Part shown: positions 8,156-17,203 of the stretch, piece after piece | How positions within the stretch are numbered: the stretch's first letter is position 1 | Layout of the letters: each line of letters opens with the position of its first letter | Source: Marine Group I thaumarchaeote | GTDB lineage: Archaea > Thermoproteota > Nitrososphaeria > Nitrososphaerales > Nitrosopumilaceae | Assembly: GCA_013390745.1 (NCBI GenBank) | Contig: JACASX010000009.1 | Coordinates: 1-32,000, forward strand | Length of the DNA stretch: 32,000 nt | Direction of reading: 5' to 3' | Notes under the pieces: generated by a model | Database searches by the model: none | What the model was told of the DNA's origin: nothing | What the model saw: the letters and a program-made list of their open reading frames with translations, nothing else | Program-made: the position numbers and the translations under genes

Positions 8156-8728
8156 ATGTTTCTGATTTCACAGAATATTGAGTCATATGATGTCCAATTA
8201 CCTGATAATGCAGTATTTCGTATTAATCTTGCATGGTGTAACAATCTAAAAGAATTAGAAAATAAATTAGCAAAAAACAAGAAATCAGAATTTTTTGTTG
8301 ATTTACCTGTTGGAAGGATTAAACCGCCAAATAACAAATATTCGTTAGATGATATGATACCGATTATTGAGGCAAATCCGTGTATAAAGTATCTTGCTGT
8401 ATCAAACGTTGAAAACAAGAATGACTTACAACCATTTCTAGAAAAATTACCAGATTACATCAACATAGTACCAAAAATAGAAAGCCAAAAAGCAGTATTA
8501 AATATTAAAGAGATTTGTGATTCATTAAAAACTGAAAAGAAGATTGTAATGTTAGATCATGATGATTTATTTTCTTCAATAATTCATAATAACGAGGATA
8601 AAAATAAGTTTCAAGAATACATAAAATCGTTAATTGATTTTTGTAATGCGAATAGTATTTCATTATTGAGAACTGTCGGAGTTGCATTTAGTGACGATGA
8701 GAAGAGAACAACACAATATGAGAAATAA
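8156..8728 (+). CDS. 190-aa pyruvate-kinase-barrel-like (PK/HpcH-type) mini-protein; putative PEP/pyruvate plus divalent-metal binding; function unknown
   Basis: Segments line up in order with remembered PK A-domain motifs. FRINLAW matches ARLNFSH. FFVDLPVGRIK matches LLDTKGPEIR. IKYLAVSNV matches IDFIAASFV. IVPKIESQKAVLNIKEI matches IIAKIENxEGVxNIDEI. IVMLDHDDLF matches LMVARGDLG. DFCNANSISLLRTVG matches KKCNxxGKPVITATQ. The B and C domains are absent. Confidence 0.45.
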   Translation: MFLISQNIESYDVQLPDNAVFRINLAWCNNLKELENKLAKNKKSEFFVDLPVGRIKPPNNKYSLDDMIPIIEANPCIKYLAVSNVENKNDLQPFLEKLPDYINIVPKIESQKAVLNIKEICDSLKTEKKIVMLDHDDLFSSIIHNNEDKNKFQEYIKSLIDFCNANSISLLRTVGVAFSDDEKRTTQYEK

Positions 8729-8752
8729 TTTAGAATTTTAATAAGAAATAAC

Positions 8753-10174
8753 ATGAAAAATTTCATTGTCTTCCCGTTTCTATTAGCGTTCTTGCCATCA
8801 TGGCAACTGATCTTGAAAAATTATGACGAATTAATTTTCCAAGACATTCTCATTTCATTAGTCATAATAGCTATATCAGTAATAATTTGGATAGTAATTA
8901 CAAAAATAATTAAAAATGGAAATAAAGCGGCTCTAATTACAGGCGTAGGCGTAGCATTCTTCTTTTACTTTGGTTATATGCAAGATGCATTAAATGGGAT
9001 AATGATTTTCAATATTCCCATAGACAAAACTAGTGTTTTAGTGATAATATCAATAATAATTTTTATCACATCAACAATTTATTTTGTAAAATCAAGAAAG
9101 AATTTTGAATTATCAATAAAAATTGGTAATGTTTTTACAATAACATTAATTCTATTTACTTTAGTACAATTTGTTATACCTGGCGCACTTGCTGAAAAAC
9201 CTAATGTGTATCACATAATACTGGATGAATATACCGATAATGAAATTTTGATGGAGAAATTTAACTATGACAACGAAGAATTCTTCAAATTTCTAAACAA
9301 AAATGGATTTTTCATACCAAGTAAATCATTTTCATCGTTTACATCAACTGATGCTGAATTAAACGTGATATTAAACATGGAATATCCAAAAGAGATAGGA
9401 CGGGCATCCGAAAATTATGATTATCTGAATGATAACAACGCTATGTCAGTATTTTCTGAGCAAAATTATTCACTTATTGAAACAAATTCTATGATGCGCT
9501 GGAAGAATTTTTCAGACGTAGATACGAAACTTTGTTATGATACAACCTTCATCAATTCCGAGTTCTTAGATCAAGTTTTAAGAAAATCAATAATTAAACA
9601 CTTTTTAGAAAAACATCAAGAAAATACACGACGTGACGTAATAAGATGCACATTTCACGAATTGAGTGAAATAGCATCGCAAACCAGCGGACCAAAATAT
9701 GTTTTTTCGCACATATATGTGCCACACCCACCATTCCTTTTTGGTCCAAATGGTGAAAATGTTACACCTGATCATCGTGAGATAAGTGGATTGCAAAGTT
9801 GGGAAAACCCACAAGGATACATAGATCAATTAATTTATGCTACAAATGAAGTAAGTACAGTAATAAAAAATATTATAAAAAATGATCCTAACGCAATAAT
9901 TATTGTGCAGGGAGATACAGGCACATCAACAATGTTTCATTCAGCTCCAACAGAATTCAAAGATGTTTATCAAATCTATTCTATTCTTTATGCAATAAGA
10001 ATTCCAGATGTCAATAACTTGGATGCTATGATACCAGTTAACACGTATAGAATTATTTTCAATAATTATTTTAATATGGATTATGAATATTTAGAACAAC
10101 GCAGCTATATGCTTGATCAAAACAATGTTTGGATAGATATTACAGAAAAATTACACGAATACAGATTTGATTAG
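8753..10174 (+). CDS. Polytopic membrane protein with an extracytoplasmic alkaline-phosphatase-superfamily domain (LtaS/EptA-like architecture), paralog A
   Basis: About 145 aa of hydrophobic helices come first. Then come VYHIILDEYTDNE (metal Asp), SFSSFTSTD (Thr candidates), FSHIYVPHPPFLFGPNGENVTP and IIIVQGDTGTS. It aligns end to end with 18410..20020. Confidence 0.6.
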   Translation: MKNFIVFPFLLAFLPSWQLILKNYDELIFQDILISLVIIAISVIIWIVITKIIKNGNKAALITGVGVAFFFYFGYMQDALNGIMIFNIPIDKTSVLVIISIIIFITSTIYFVKSRKNFELSIKIGNVFTITLILFTLVQFVIPGALAEKPNVYHIILDEYTDNEILMEKFNYDNEEFFKFLNKNGFFIPSKSFSSFTSTDAELNVILNMEYPKEIGRASENYDYLNDNNAMSVFSEQNYSLIETNSMMRWKNFSDVDTKLCYDTTFINSEFLDQVLRKSIIKHFLEKHQENTRRDVIRCTFHELSEIASQTSGPKYVFSHIYVPHPPFLFGPNGENVTPDHREISGLQSWENPQGYIDQLIYATNEVSTVIKNIIKNDPNAIIIVQGDTGTSTMFHSAPTEFKDVYQIYSILYAIRIPDVNNLDAMIPVNTYRIIFNNYFNMDYEYLEQRSYMLDQNNVWIDITEKLHEYRFD

Positions 10175-11613
10175 GCATCTTTGTTATGTAATTCCCTAAT
10201 GTATTGAGCCCCAATTTTTGCTGATTCTCCAATATTATACACTGTTTTTTCACGTATATCTTTGATTAGCTCACCAATATTTTGAGTATTTTTATCTAAA
10301 ATTCTAATAAGATCTAAAATTTCTTCCAAATTATTTGGTGAAATTATGTGACCAATTTTATCTCTAATCGATGTTTCAATTGGTTCTAGTGCAATATCAC
10401 TCCAATTTGTATTTAAGACCTTTTTTGGAACATCAATAAAAATAACTGGGCGTTCAAAAGTAAATGCATATTCTAATGAAATGCCTGACCAATCTGAGAT
10501 CATACACAGAGAATTATTTAACGAATCGAACTTAATGACGCCTGTCTCAAGAACAAAATTAGGATTTTTCCCAAATTTTTTCTTTATTGAATCAATTAAT
10601 TCTGTAGAATCTCTCAATGTTCTTATATGTGGTCTTATCATCACTCTGAAATCTGATTTTAATAAAATATCAATCAGTTTAATTCCGCACTTCTCAAGAA
10701 GATTATCGTCTCCATATGATGGTGCAATTATAATTAAATTCTTAGCATCAGAATTTGTTGCTTGAGCATTTATCTTGTTTTGTAATAATGTGTCTAATCT
10801 GCCATATCCATAATTGATTAATTTTTTTGCTTTCAATCCATATACCTTTTCTGCCTCTCGGATTTCTTTGATTTGATGAGGGCCGACACAAAAAATTGTA
10901 TCGTAGTTATCTATCGCTCCTTTTCTTAGATACGAATGAACGCTATACATTGAATGAAATAAGTAAATGTAGTGAACAGGATATTCATCGGATCTTTTGA
11001 TATGGAATTTGCCTAAATCTGGCATGTCCATTACTAAAATTTTCGCTTTTAATGAAGAAAAGAATTTTGTCCGTGCTGTTCCATCGCCAATATAAAACGG
11101 TAGAATTCTTTGATTTCTGGTAGATAATATTGGATCATCCTTAACTGATGTAACATAACAAATTTGTAAATTCATTTTTTCAGTTAATTCATGAATTAAC
11201 GATTGAAAATGATTCATTGATGCTTTATTTTCAGCATAAAATACGATTGAGCGTTCGTCCTGGCTTAACTGATTAATTTTTTTTAATTCAGCCCATTCTG
11301 AAACAAAACCAGACTCTAAACTATGTTTATCAGTGGATTCTGTTTGCTTTTCTTTAGAAAAACCTCCAGAAAATCTTGTTTTTATTTTAAACCAATATGA
11401 TTTTAAAATCATTGCGCCCGCGGCAACCACACCAGCAAGTAATGTAAGTAAAGCACTTCCGGTAACCGGATCAATGTAAGCATATACATCTAAAACAAAA
11501 AACTGATGAAATGTTAATAATATTGCAACAAAAGGAATCAATTTTCTATATTTTATGTGGCTAAATCGATCCATCTCATTAGTAAATTCTTGAACAAAAA
11601 ATGGGATTTTCAT
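10171..11613 (-). CDS. TagF-like CDP-alcohol phosphotransferase family protein (Glyphos_transf-like) with an N-terminal hairpin membrane anchor, paralog A
   Basis: IIIAPSYGDD matches YAPTWR. MIRPHIRT matches K-x-HP. MISDWSGISLEYAFTFERPVIFIDVP matches ITDYSSvfFDfaxxdKPiIFy. The N-terminus has two TM helices flanking AYAYIDPVTGS. Stop codons overlap convergently with 8753..10174. Confidence 0.6.
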   Translation of the reverse strand: MKIPFFVQEFTNEMDRFSHIKYRKLIPFVAILLTFHQFFVLDVYAYIDPVTGSALLTLLAGVVAAGAMILKSYWFKIKTRFSGGFSKEKQTESTDKHSLESGFVSEWAELKKINQLSQDERSIVFYAENKASMNHFQSLIHELTEKMNLQICYVTSVKDDPILSTRNQRILPFYIGDGTARTKFFSSLKAKILVMDMPDLGKFHIKRSDEYPVHYIYLFHSMYSVHSYLRKGAIDNYDTIFCVGPHQIKEIREAEKVYGLKAKKLINYGYGRLDTLLQNKINAQATNSDAKNLIIIAPSYGDDNLLEKCGIKLIDILLKSDFRVMIRPHIRTLRDSTELIDSIKKKFGKNPNFVLETGVIKFDSLNNSLCMISDWSGISLEYAFTFERPVIFIDVPKKVLNTNWSDIALEPIETSIRDKIGHIISPNNLEEILDLIRILDKNTQNIGELIKDIREKTVYNIGESAKIGAQYIRELHNKDA

Positions 11614-11673
11614 ATGCTTTCTTTAAATAATTCTATTGAGTTTATACATTAGTCTTCCTACAAATTGCTTAAA

Positions 11674-12741
11674 TTATTTTTTTACGTGTGAATTTAGTAT
11701 TCGAATAAATTTTTTTGCCGCAACTTCCCAACTATATGTTTCTTCAATAAACTTTTTACCTTCATTACCCATTTGTTCTGATAATTTTTTATCTGCAAGC
11801 AATAATTTTATTTTTTCAATTAGTTGTTTGTGATTACCTTTTTCTACCAAAAATCCTGTTACACCATCTTTCATCATATCTGGATTTCCACCAACATTAG
11901 TTGCAATAACTGCCCTTTTCATTAATTGGGCCTCTTTAAGAGACAGTGGAGATAAATCCATTCCTGTTATTAACGCATAGATATCAATCTCACTCAAAAA
12001 CTCTCTAACTTTATCTGGATATTCTAGTTTTCCTAACCAATGAAAGTTTTCATATTTTTCTAATTCTGTAAGTATTCTTTCTTCAAACGGTCCATGTCCT
12101 ACCCAATAAAATTGCACGTCAGGTAATTTTTCTAAAACCTTTTTCAAAATCAACATCTCTGATGTTTTACCCCACCAATTTGCATATTGGACTAATCCCA
12201 CGCATGGATGTTTCAATTTCATTCCATTTACTTTATACCATCGGGTTGCATCTACTCCTTCAAAAAAAACGTCTGTTTTTTGGTTTGGTACATGTTCATT
12301 AGTGATTTTTTCTAAATATTTACAAATAGGCAAGATTATTTTTGCCTCACTAAAAATCCTTTTTGCAATTTGATCCCATTTCTGAATAGCAATATTTTTT
12401 GGAAATGATTTGTATATTGTTTTTTTATACCAAGCAAGTTCTGACCAATAATGTCCTCGCAGAAGTACAAAAAGCGGTATGTTTTTTTCTAACGCAGCAA
12501 TTCCAAAATGTTTTTGTCTATCTATAAAAATTGCATCAGGTTTGAAATCTTCGATCAGTTTATTGAATCGTTTTTTAGTTTGAAACCAATTTATTATTTT
12601 TCTACTTGGAAAACCATCACAGTAATCTGTATCAAGAACTAGTTTAGTCTCCACACCCAACTCATTTAATTTATTTGAGAATTCTTTTAAGTGGAAAAAA
12701 AACGAACTTGAACCTCCGATTAAAAGTTTCAATTTTATCAC
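11674..12741 (-). CDS. GT-B fold glycosyltransferase (GT4-like), paralog A
   Basis: C-terminal LSLKEAQLMKRAVIATNVGGNPDMMKDGVTGFLVE is a typical GT4 nucleotide-sugar binding block. It is a paralog of 17204..18277, sharing HPCVGLVQ, KKTIYKS and IPLFxLLRG. Confidence 0.75.
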   Translation of the reverse strand: MIKLKLLIGGSSSFFFHLKEFSNKLNELGVETKLVLDTDYCDGFPSRKIINWFQTKKRFNKLIEDFKPDAIFIDRQKHFGIAALEKNIPLFVLLRGHYWSELAWYKKTIYKSFPKNIAIQKWDQIAKRIFSEAKIILPICKYLEKITNEHVPNQKTDVFFEGVDATRWYKVNGMKLKHPCVGLVQYANWWGKTSEMLILKKVLEKLPDVQFYWVGHGPFEERILTELEKYENFHWLGKLEYPDKVREFLSEIDIYALITGMDLSPLSLKEAQLMKRAVIATNVGGNPDMMKDGVTGFLVEKGNHKQLIEKIKLLLADKKLSEQMGNEGKKFIEETYSWEVAAKKFIRILNSHVKK

Positions 12742-12747
12742 AAATCC

Positions 12748-13668
12748 CTATATCTCATTAAATTTTTTTGAAGAAATTATGTCTTTTATCCAGTCTACTA
12801 ACATAACTGATGGTTCCCAACCAATCTTTTTTTTAATTAAATCAATATTTGCCTTTGTTTGATGAACATCACCATCTAGTGCGGATCCAAAAATAGGTTC
12901 AATATTTAATCCAGAACATTCTATCATAGTTTTAGCTAAATCCAGTATGGTTATCGTTGTATTTGTTCCAACATTAAAAAATTCATGAGTAATATTACTA
13001 TTCATTGACATAATGTTAGCGTCTACTACATCACTAACATGTACAAAATCTCTGAATTGTGTTCCATCACCATTGATCTTTGGTGGTAATTTATCCCTAA
13101 TACATTCTAAAAATAATTTTAAGACCCCAGCATATTCTTTTGATTGTCCTTTTCCAAATACGTTGAAATAACGTAATCCTATCACACTTACTCCCATCTT
13201 AGAATATTTAATCGCTAATTCTTCCTTTTTCAGTTTTGTTTCTGCATATGGGTTAATTGGATTTTTTCCATCTGATTCTTTAATTGGAATTCTAATTGGG
13301 TTGCCATAAACACTTGAAGAACTTGCATAAACAACCTTAAAACCATATTTTTTAGATAATTTCAAAATATTTTCTGTTCCGTTTACATTAACATTATGAT
13401 ACTTGCCAGGTTCATCAAAGGAATCTTGTACTGATGCAAGTGCAGCTTGATGAAATACTCCATCCGCATCCTTTGTTATATCTTCAAGCAGATCTATATC
13501 TAAAATATCACCTTTAACAAAATTAATTTTGTCTATTACTGATTCCAAATTTTTCTTCTTTCCTGTATTCATATTATCTATTACTGTAACAACGTCACCA
13601 CATTCTACTATCTTTTTTGTTATATGACTTCCGATAAAACCAGCTCCACCAGTTACAACATATTTCAT
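12748..13668 (-). CDS. NAD-dependent nucleotide-sugar epimerase (SDR; UDP-glucose or UDP-glucuronate 4-epimerase type)
   Basis: VTGGAGFIGSH, ASSSSVYG and YAETK (YxxxK). There is a 1-nt TAATG overlap with the upstream dehydrogenase gene. Confidence 0.85.
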   Translation of the reverse strand: MKYVVTGGAGFIGSHITKKIVECGDVVTVIDNMNTGKKKNLESVIDKINFVKGDILDIDLLEDITKDADGVFHQAALASVQDSFDEPGKYHNVNVNGTENILKLSKKYGFKVVYASSSSVYGNPIRIPIKESDGKNPINPYAETKLKKEELAIKYSKMGVSVIGLRYFNVFGKGQSKEYAGVLKLFLECIRDKLPPKINGDGTQFRDFVHVSDVVDANIMSMNSNITHEFFNVGTNTTITILDLAKTMIECSGLNIEPIFGSALDGDVHQTKANIDLIKKKIGWEPSVMLVDWIKDIISSKKFNEI

Positions 13669-14984
13669 TATATTTTTCCTATTCCTATTGCATGATATTC
13701 AGCCTGTAATTTCTTTTCCACTAAAATTCGTCTACAGTCTATAACAAATTTTTTGTTCATGTATTTTATTGAACTGTTGTTAAGTTTTTCAAATTGCTTC
13801 CAATGAGTCATCAATATTGCACATTGACTTTTGTTTAATGCTTCAGTGGCTGATCTTGCATAAATGATTTTTTCTCCAAAAACATCCTTAGTATTTTTCA
13901 TTGCTTTCGGATCATAAATTGTAATTCTAGATTTCTTTTTCAAAAGTTTTTTTATTAATTCTATTGCTATTGAATCTCTAATATCGTCCGTGTTAGGCTT
14001 GAATGCAGTACCCAAAACAGTAATTTGTTTTAATGCAAGCGTTCCTAATGTTTTTTCTATTAGCGAAACTATATTTTGTATTTGTTTTTGATTAATTTTC
14101 TCAACTGCATTTAGGAGAGTTGGATTAATTCCTATTGTATCGGCAAAATTTATCAACGCTTTCATATCTTTTGGTAGACATGAGCCGCCATATCCTGGTC
14201 CTGCGTTTAGAAACAATGCTCCAATTCTAGGATCCAAACCTATTGTTTTTGCAATATCATCTATGTTAGCGCCTGGTGTATTTTGGCATATGTTAGATAG
14301 TTGATTAATAAAACTAATTTTTGTTGCTAGGAATGAATTGTTTGCATATTTTATCATCTCAGCAGTTTGATGATTCGTGATTACAATTGAAACATTTGGA
14401 TGTAATTTAGAAAAGAAACTTTTTGCTTTTTTCATGAATTTGGTTTGATAGCCTCCTAAAACTATCACATGAGGAAATTTTGTATCCCTAATCGCACTAC
14501 TTTCCTGTAAAAATTCGGGATTTGAAATGAGGCCAAATTCTTTTCCTGCTTTTTTACCAGATCTTTTTTCTAAAATTGGTAAAATGACATTTTGCATAGT
14601 ACCTGGAATAACTGTGCTTTTTATGAGAACGATTGGATTCTTTTTAGTTTTTGCAAGAATTATGCCAATAGACGTTACCGCTTTTTTAATCATTGATAGT
14701 TCTATTGCACCATTTGATTTTTGAGGCGTTCCTACAGCAACAAAAATCATATCACAATCTTTAATCAACGAAAAATCGTCAGTAATAATTAATTTCTTTT
14801 TTAATCCAATTTTTAATATTCTTTCTAAATCTGGTTCAAAGAATGGTGATACTCCATTACGAATTTTTTTGCATTTTTCAGCATCAACGTCTATCCCAAC
14901 AACATTCTTTCCTTTTGATGCTAATACAGAGCCAAAAGATAAACCAACGAATCCTAAACCGATTATTCCAATTTTCATATCCAA
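13668..14984 (-). CDS. ugd: UDP-glucose/GDP-mannose family 6-dehydrogenase (probable UDP-glucose 6-dehydrogenase)
   Basis: N-terminal IGLGFVGLS Rossmann loop and the catalytic-Cys string GPGYGGSCLPKD. At 438 aa the length is typical. Confidence 0.85.
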   Translation of the reverse strand: MDMKIGIIGLGFVGLSFGSVLASKGKNVVGIDVDAEKCKKIRNGVSPFFEPDLERILKIGLKKKLIITDDFSLIKDCDMIFVAVGTPQKSNGAIELSMIKKAVTSIGIILAKTKKNPIVLIKSTVIPGTMQNVILPILEKRSGKKAGKEFGLISNPEFLQESSAIRDTKFPHVIVLGGYQTKFMKKAKSFFSKLHPNVSIVITNHQTAEMIKYANNSFLATKISFINQLSNICQNTPGANIDDIAKTIGLDPRIGALFLNAGPGYGGSCLPKDMKALINFADTIGINPTLLNAVEKINQKQIQNIVSLIEKTLGTLALKQITVLGTAFKPNTDDIRDSIAIELIKKLLKKKSRITIYDPKAMKNTKDVFGEKIIYARSATEALNKSQCAILMTHWKQFEKLNNSSIKYMNKKFVIDCRRILVEKKLQAEYHAIGIGKI

Positions 14985-15007
14985 ACAAACTTACTAGATG
15001 TTAAAAA

Positions 15008-15892
15008 TTATGCTATTTTATACGAAGTTTCTAGAGCATGCTTGTAGGTCTTAGCTGTTCCAATATCAATTTCAATTTCATTTGATTTGATAGGAATGGC
15101 AACTACTTTTTCTCCTCGTTCAATTAGATTTTGTATAGCATCAGTTAATTGTAATTCATTATTCTTATCTGGTTTTATGTTTTTAAGAGATTCAAATATT
15201 TTTGGTTTGAAAAAGTAAATTGGTAACAAACCTAAATTAGATTTCGGTTTAGTAGGTTTTTCTTCAACTTTTTCAACCAAATAGACTGATGATGAAATAT
15301 TTTTTACCTGTGGAACTCCATATCTTTTAGGATCTTTTATTTTTTTACAAAGAAGTACGGCTGCTATAGAAGGATCATCTTTTGCAGTTTTTATTAATCT
15401 TAAAACTGGATGTTTGGATCCACCTATGATGGAAACATCTCCACCATGCACAATAAAATTATCATTTCCAATATATCTCTCAGCTCGTTTTACGGCATCA
15501 CCGAATCCCAACGGCTTGTTTTGGTTTGTCCATATAAGATGTGACTTTTCTAATCTTTTATAGAAGTTCGACATCAATGCGTTGTTCTTTTTAGATAATT
15601 CATTAAGATAAGTTTCGTCTGGCGTAAAATGATCTTTAATTGATCTTTTTTCTCTACCTACTACAAAGCAGTAGTCTCTTATACCTATACCATATAGCTG
15701 TTCAAAAATAAATTGAAGTAAGGGAATAACAATCAGGTTGTTGTTGTATATTTTAGAAAAAATAGGCATCATTTCTTTGGGAAGCTCCTTAGTTATAGGA
15801 AGAAGTCTAGTGCCTTTTCCAGCAGCAGTTATAACCGATTTAATCACAAAAATCACCTTAACTTTATTATCTCTGTTTTTAAATTTTAACAC
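15008..15892 (-). CDS. Sugar-1-phosphate nucleotidyltransferase (GalU-like UTP-glucose-1-phosphate uridylyltransferase)
   Basis: ITAAGKGTRLLPITKELPKEMMP matches the GalU-type loop. The track start is GTG at 15892. An internal GTG at 15847 would give MIKSVITAAGKG, which looks more like a canonical N-terminus. Confidence 0.75.
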   Translation of the reverse strand: MLKFKNRDNKVKVIFVIKSVITAAGKGTRLLPITKELPKEMMPIFSKIYNNNLIVIPLLQFIFEQLYGIGIRDYCFVVGREKRSIKDHFTPDETYLNELSKKNNALMSNFYKRLEKSHLIWTNQNKPLGFGDAVKRAERYIGNDNFIVHGGDVSIIGGSKHPVLRLIKTAKDDPSIAAVLLCKKIKDPKRYGVPQVKNISSSVYLVEKVEEKPTKPKSNLGLLPIYFFKPKIFESLKNIKPDKNNELQLTDAIQNLIERGEKVVAIPIKSNEIEIDIGTAKTYKHALETSYKIA

Positions 15893-15938
15893 TCATTACT
15901 ATCGAATAATATTATACTTGTGATGGGAAAAATTAGAA

Positions 15939-17153
15939 TTGGCTATCCTAGTAAACCCAACTGCAATTTGTAACATTCTTACATTAAGATATAATCCTGA
16001 AATCAAACCACTTCTACCAATAAAAACATGGAAGGATTTTCAACCTGATAATGCAGTTATCTCAATTGAACACATAGAAAATACAATTTCAGGCTTACTC
16101 AAACAAAAAATTGAATCTAACAAAATAAAAAAAATTTCTATTGCACTAAGTGGAGGAATGGATTCTACTTTAATTTTAGCAATATTAAGAAAACTATTTC
16201 CGGATATTGAAATTGAAGCTATAACAATAAAATTTGCTAAAAGCACTGACGAATCATCTGTAGCCGCAAAAATTGCAGAAAATTTTGAAGCAAATCATCA
16301 TATAGTTTATCTTGAAAATTATCTAGAAGAACTTCCGAAAGCCATAAGTATAGTTAACATGCCATTTTGGGACCTACATTGGTATCATGTGGCAAAAAAA
16401 TCTCAATCACTGTCTAAATATCTAGCATCGGGTGATGGTGGAGATGAGTTATTTGGTGGTTATACCTTCAGATACGAGAAATTTCTTTCCCTTACAACAC
16501 AAAATTCTACTCCTCAGGAAAAAGTTAAGGCATATTTACAATGCCATGAACGTGATAGAGTTCCAGATCAGGAAGAACTTTTTGACACAAAAGCAAAATT
16601 CACATGGGATGCTATCTATAATGTACTATTACCCTATTTTGATAACTCATTATCATCTTTAGAACAGGTTTTTCTGGCTGATTACAACGGAAAACTTCTG
16701 TATAATTTCAATCCAGTCAATACACGAATATTAAATCATTTTCAAATAGAAAGTATCAATCCATTGTTATCAGATAATATCATTTCGTTTGCTACTCATA
16801 TTTCTGATATACAAAAATATGATCAGAATAAAAATTTAGGTAAATTACCCTTGCGAGAATTACTCAAAAAATACAATGCAATATCATTTGTTCCTGATCA
16901 AAAATTAGGTTTTAACGTTGACACAAAAAATCTTTGGGAATCATATGGAAAGTCTATCTGTACAAAATATCTACTAGATTCTTCTATTGTTAATGATGGA
17001 TGGATTAACAAAAAATGGATAACAAATTACATTAATCGTGATGATTTGGATATACGATACATCAACAAATTTCTAGGGCTGCTAGCATTCGAGATATGGT
17101 ATAGATTGTTCGTGACAAGAGATATGAACGAAAATGAAAAATTACAAGTATGA
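15939..17153 (+). CDS. Asparagine-synthetase-like amidoligase (synthetase/PP-loop domain only, no glutaminase domain)
   Basis: SGGMDSTL PP-loop at aa 71-78 and a GDGGDELFGGY block. There is no N-terminal Cys2 glutaminase domain. The start is TTG, because the first in-frame ATG falls inside the PP-loop, so a non-ATG start is required. Confidence 0.7.
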   Translation: MAILVNPTAICNILTLRYNPEIKPLLPIKTWKDFQPDNAVISIEHIENTISGLLKQKIESNKIKKISIALSGGMDSTLILAILRKLFPDIEIEAITIKFAKSTDESSVAAKIAENFEANHHIVYLENYLEELPKAISIVNMPFWDLHWYHVAKKSQSLSKYLASGDGGDELFGGYTFRYEKFLSLTTQNSTPQEKVKAYLQCHERDRVPDQEELFDTKAKFTWDAIYNVLLPYFDNSLSSLEQVFLADYNGKLLYNFNPVNTRILNHFQIESINPLLSDNIISFATHISDIQKYDQNKNLGKLPLRELLKKYNAISFVPDQKLGFNVDTKNLWESYGKSICTKYLLDSSIVNDGWINKKWITNYINRDDLDIRYINKFLGLLAFEIWYRLFVTRDMNENEKLQV

Positions 17154-17203
17154 TTTAACTTGAAATTGCTAATTACAAGTGACAAACAAGATTTCATATA
17201 ATT

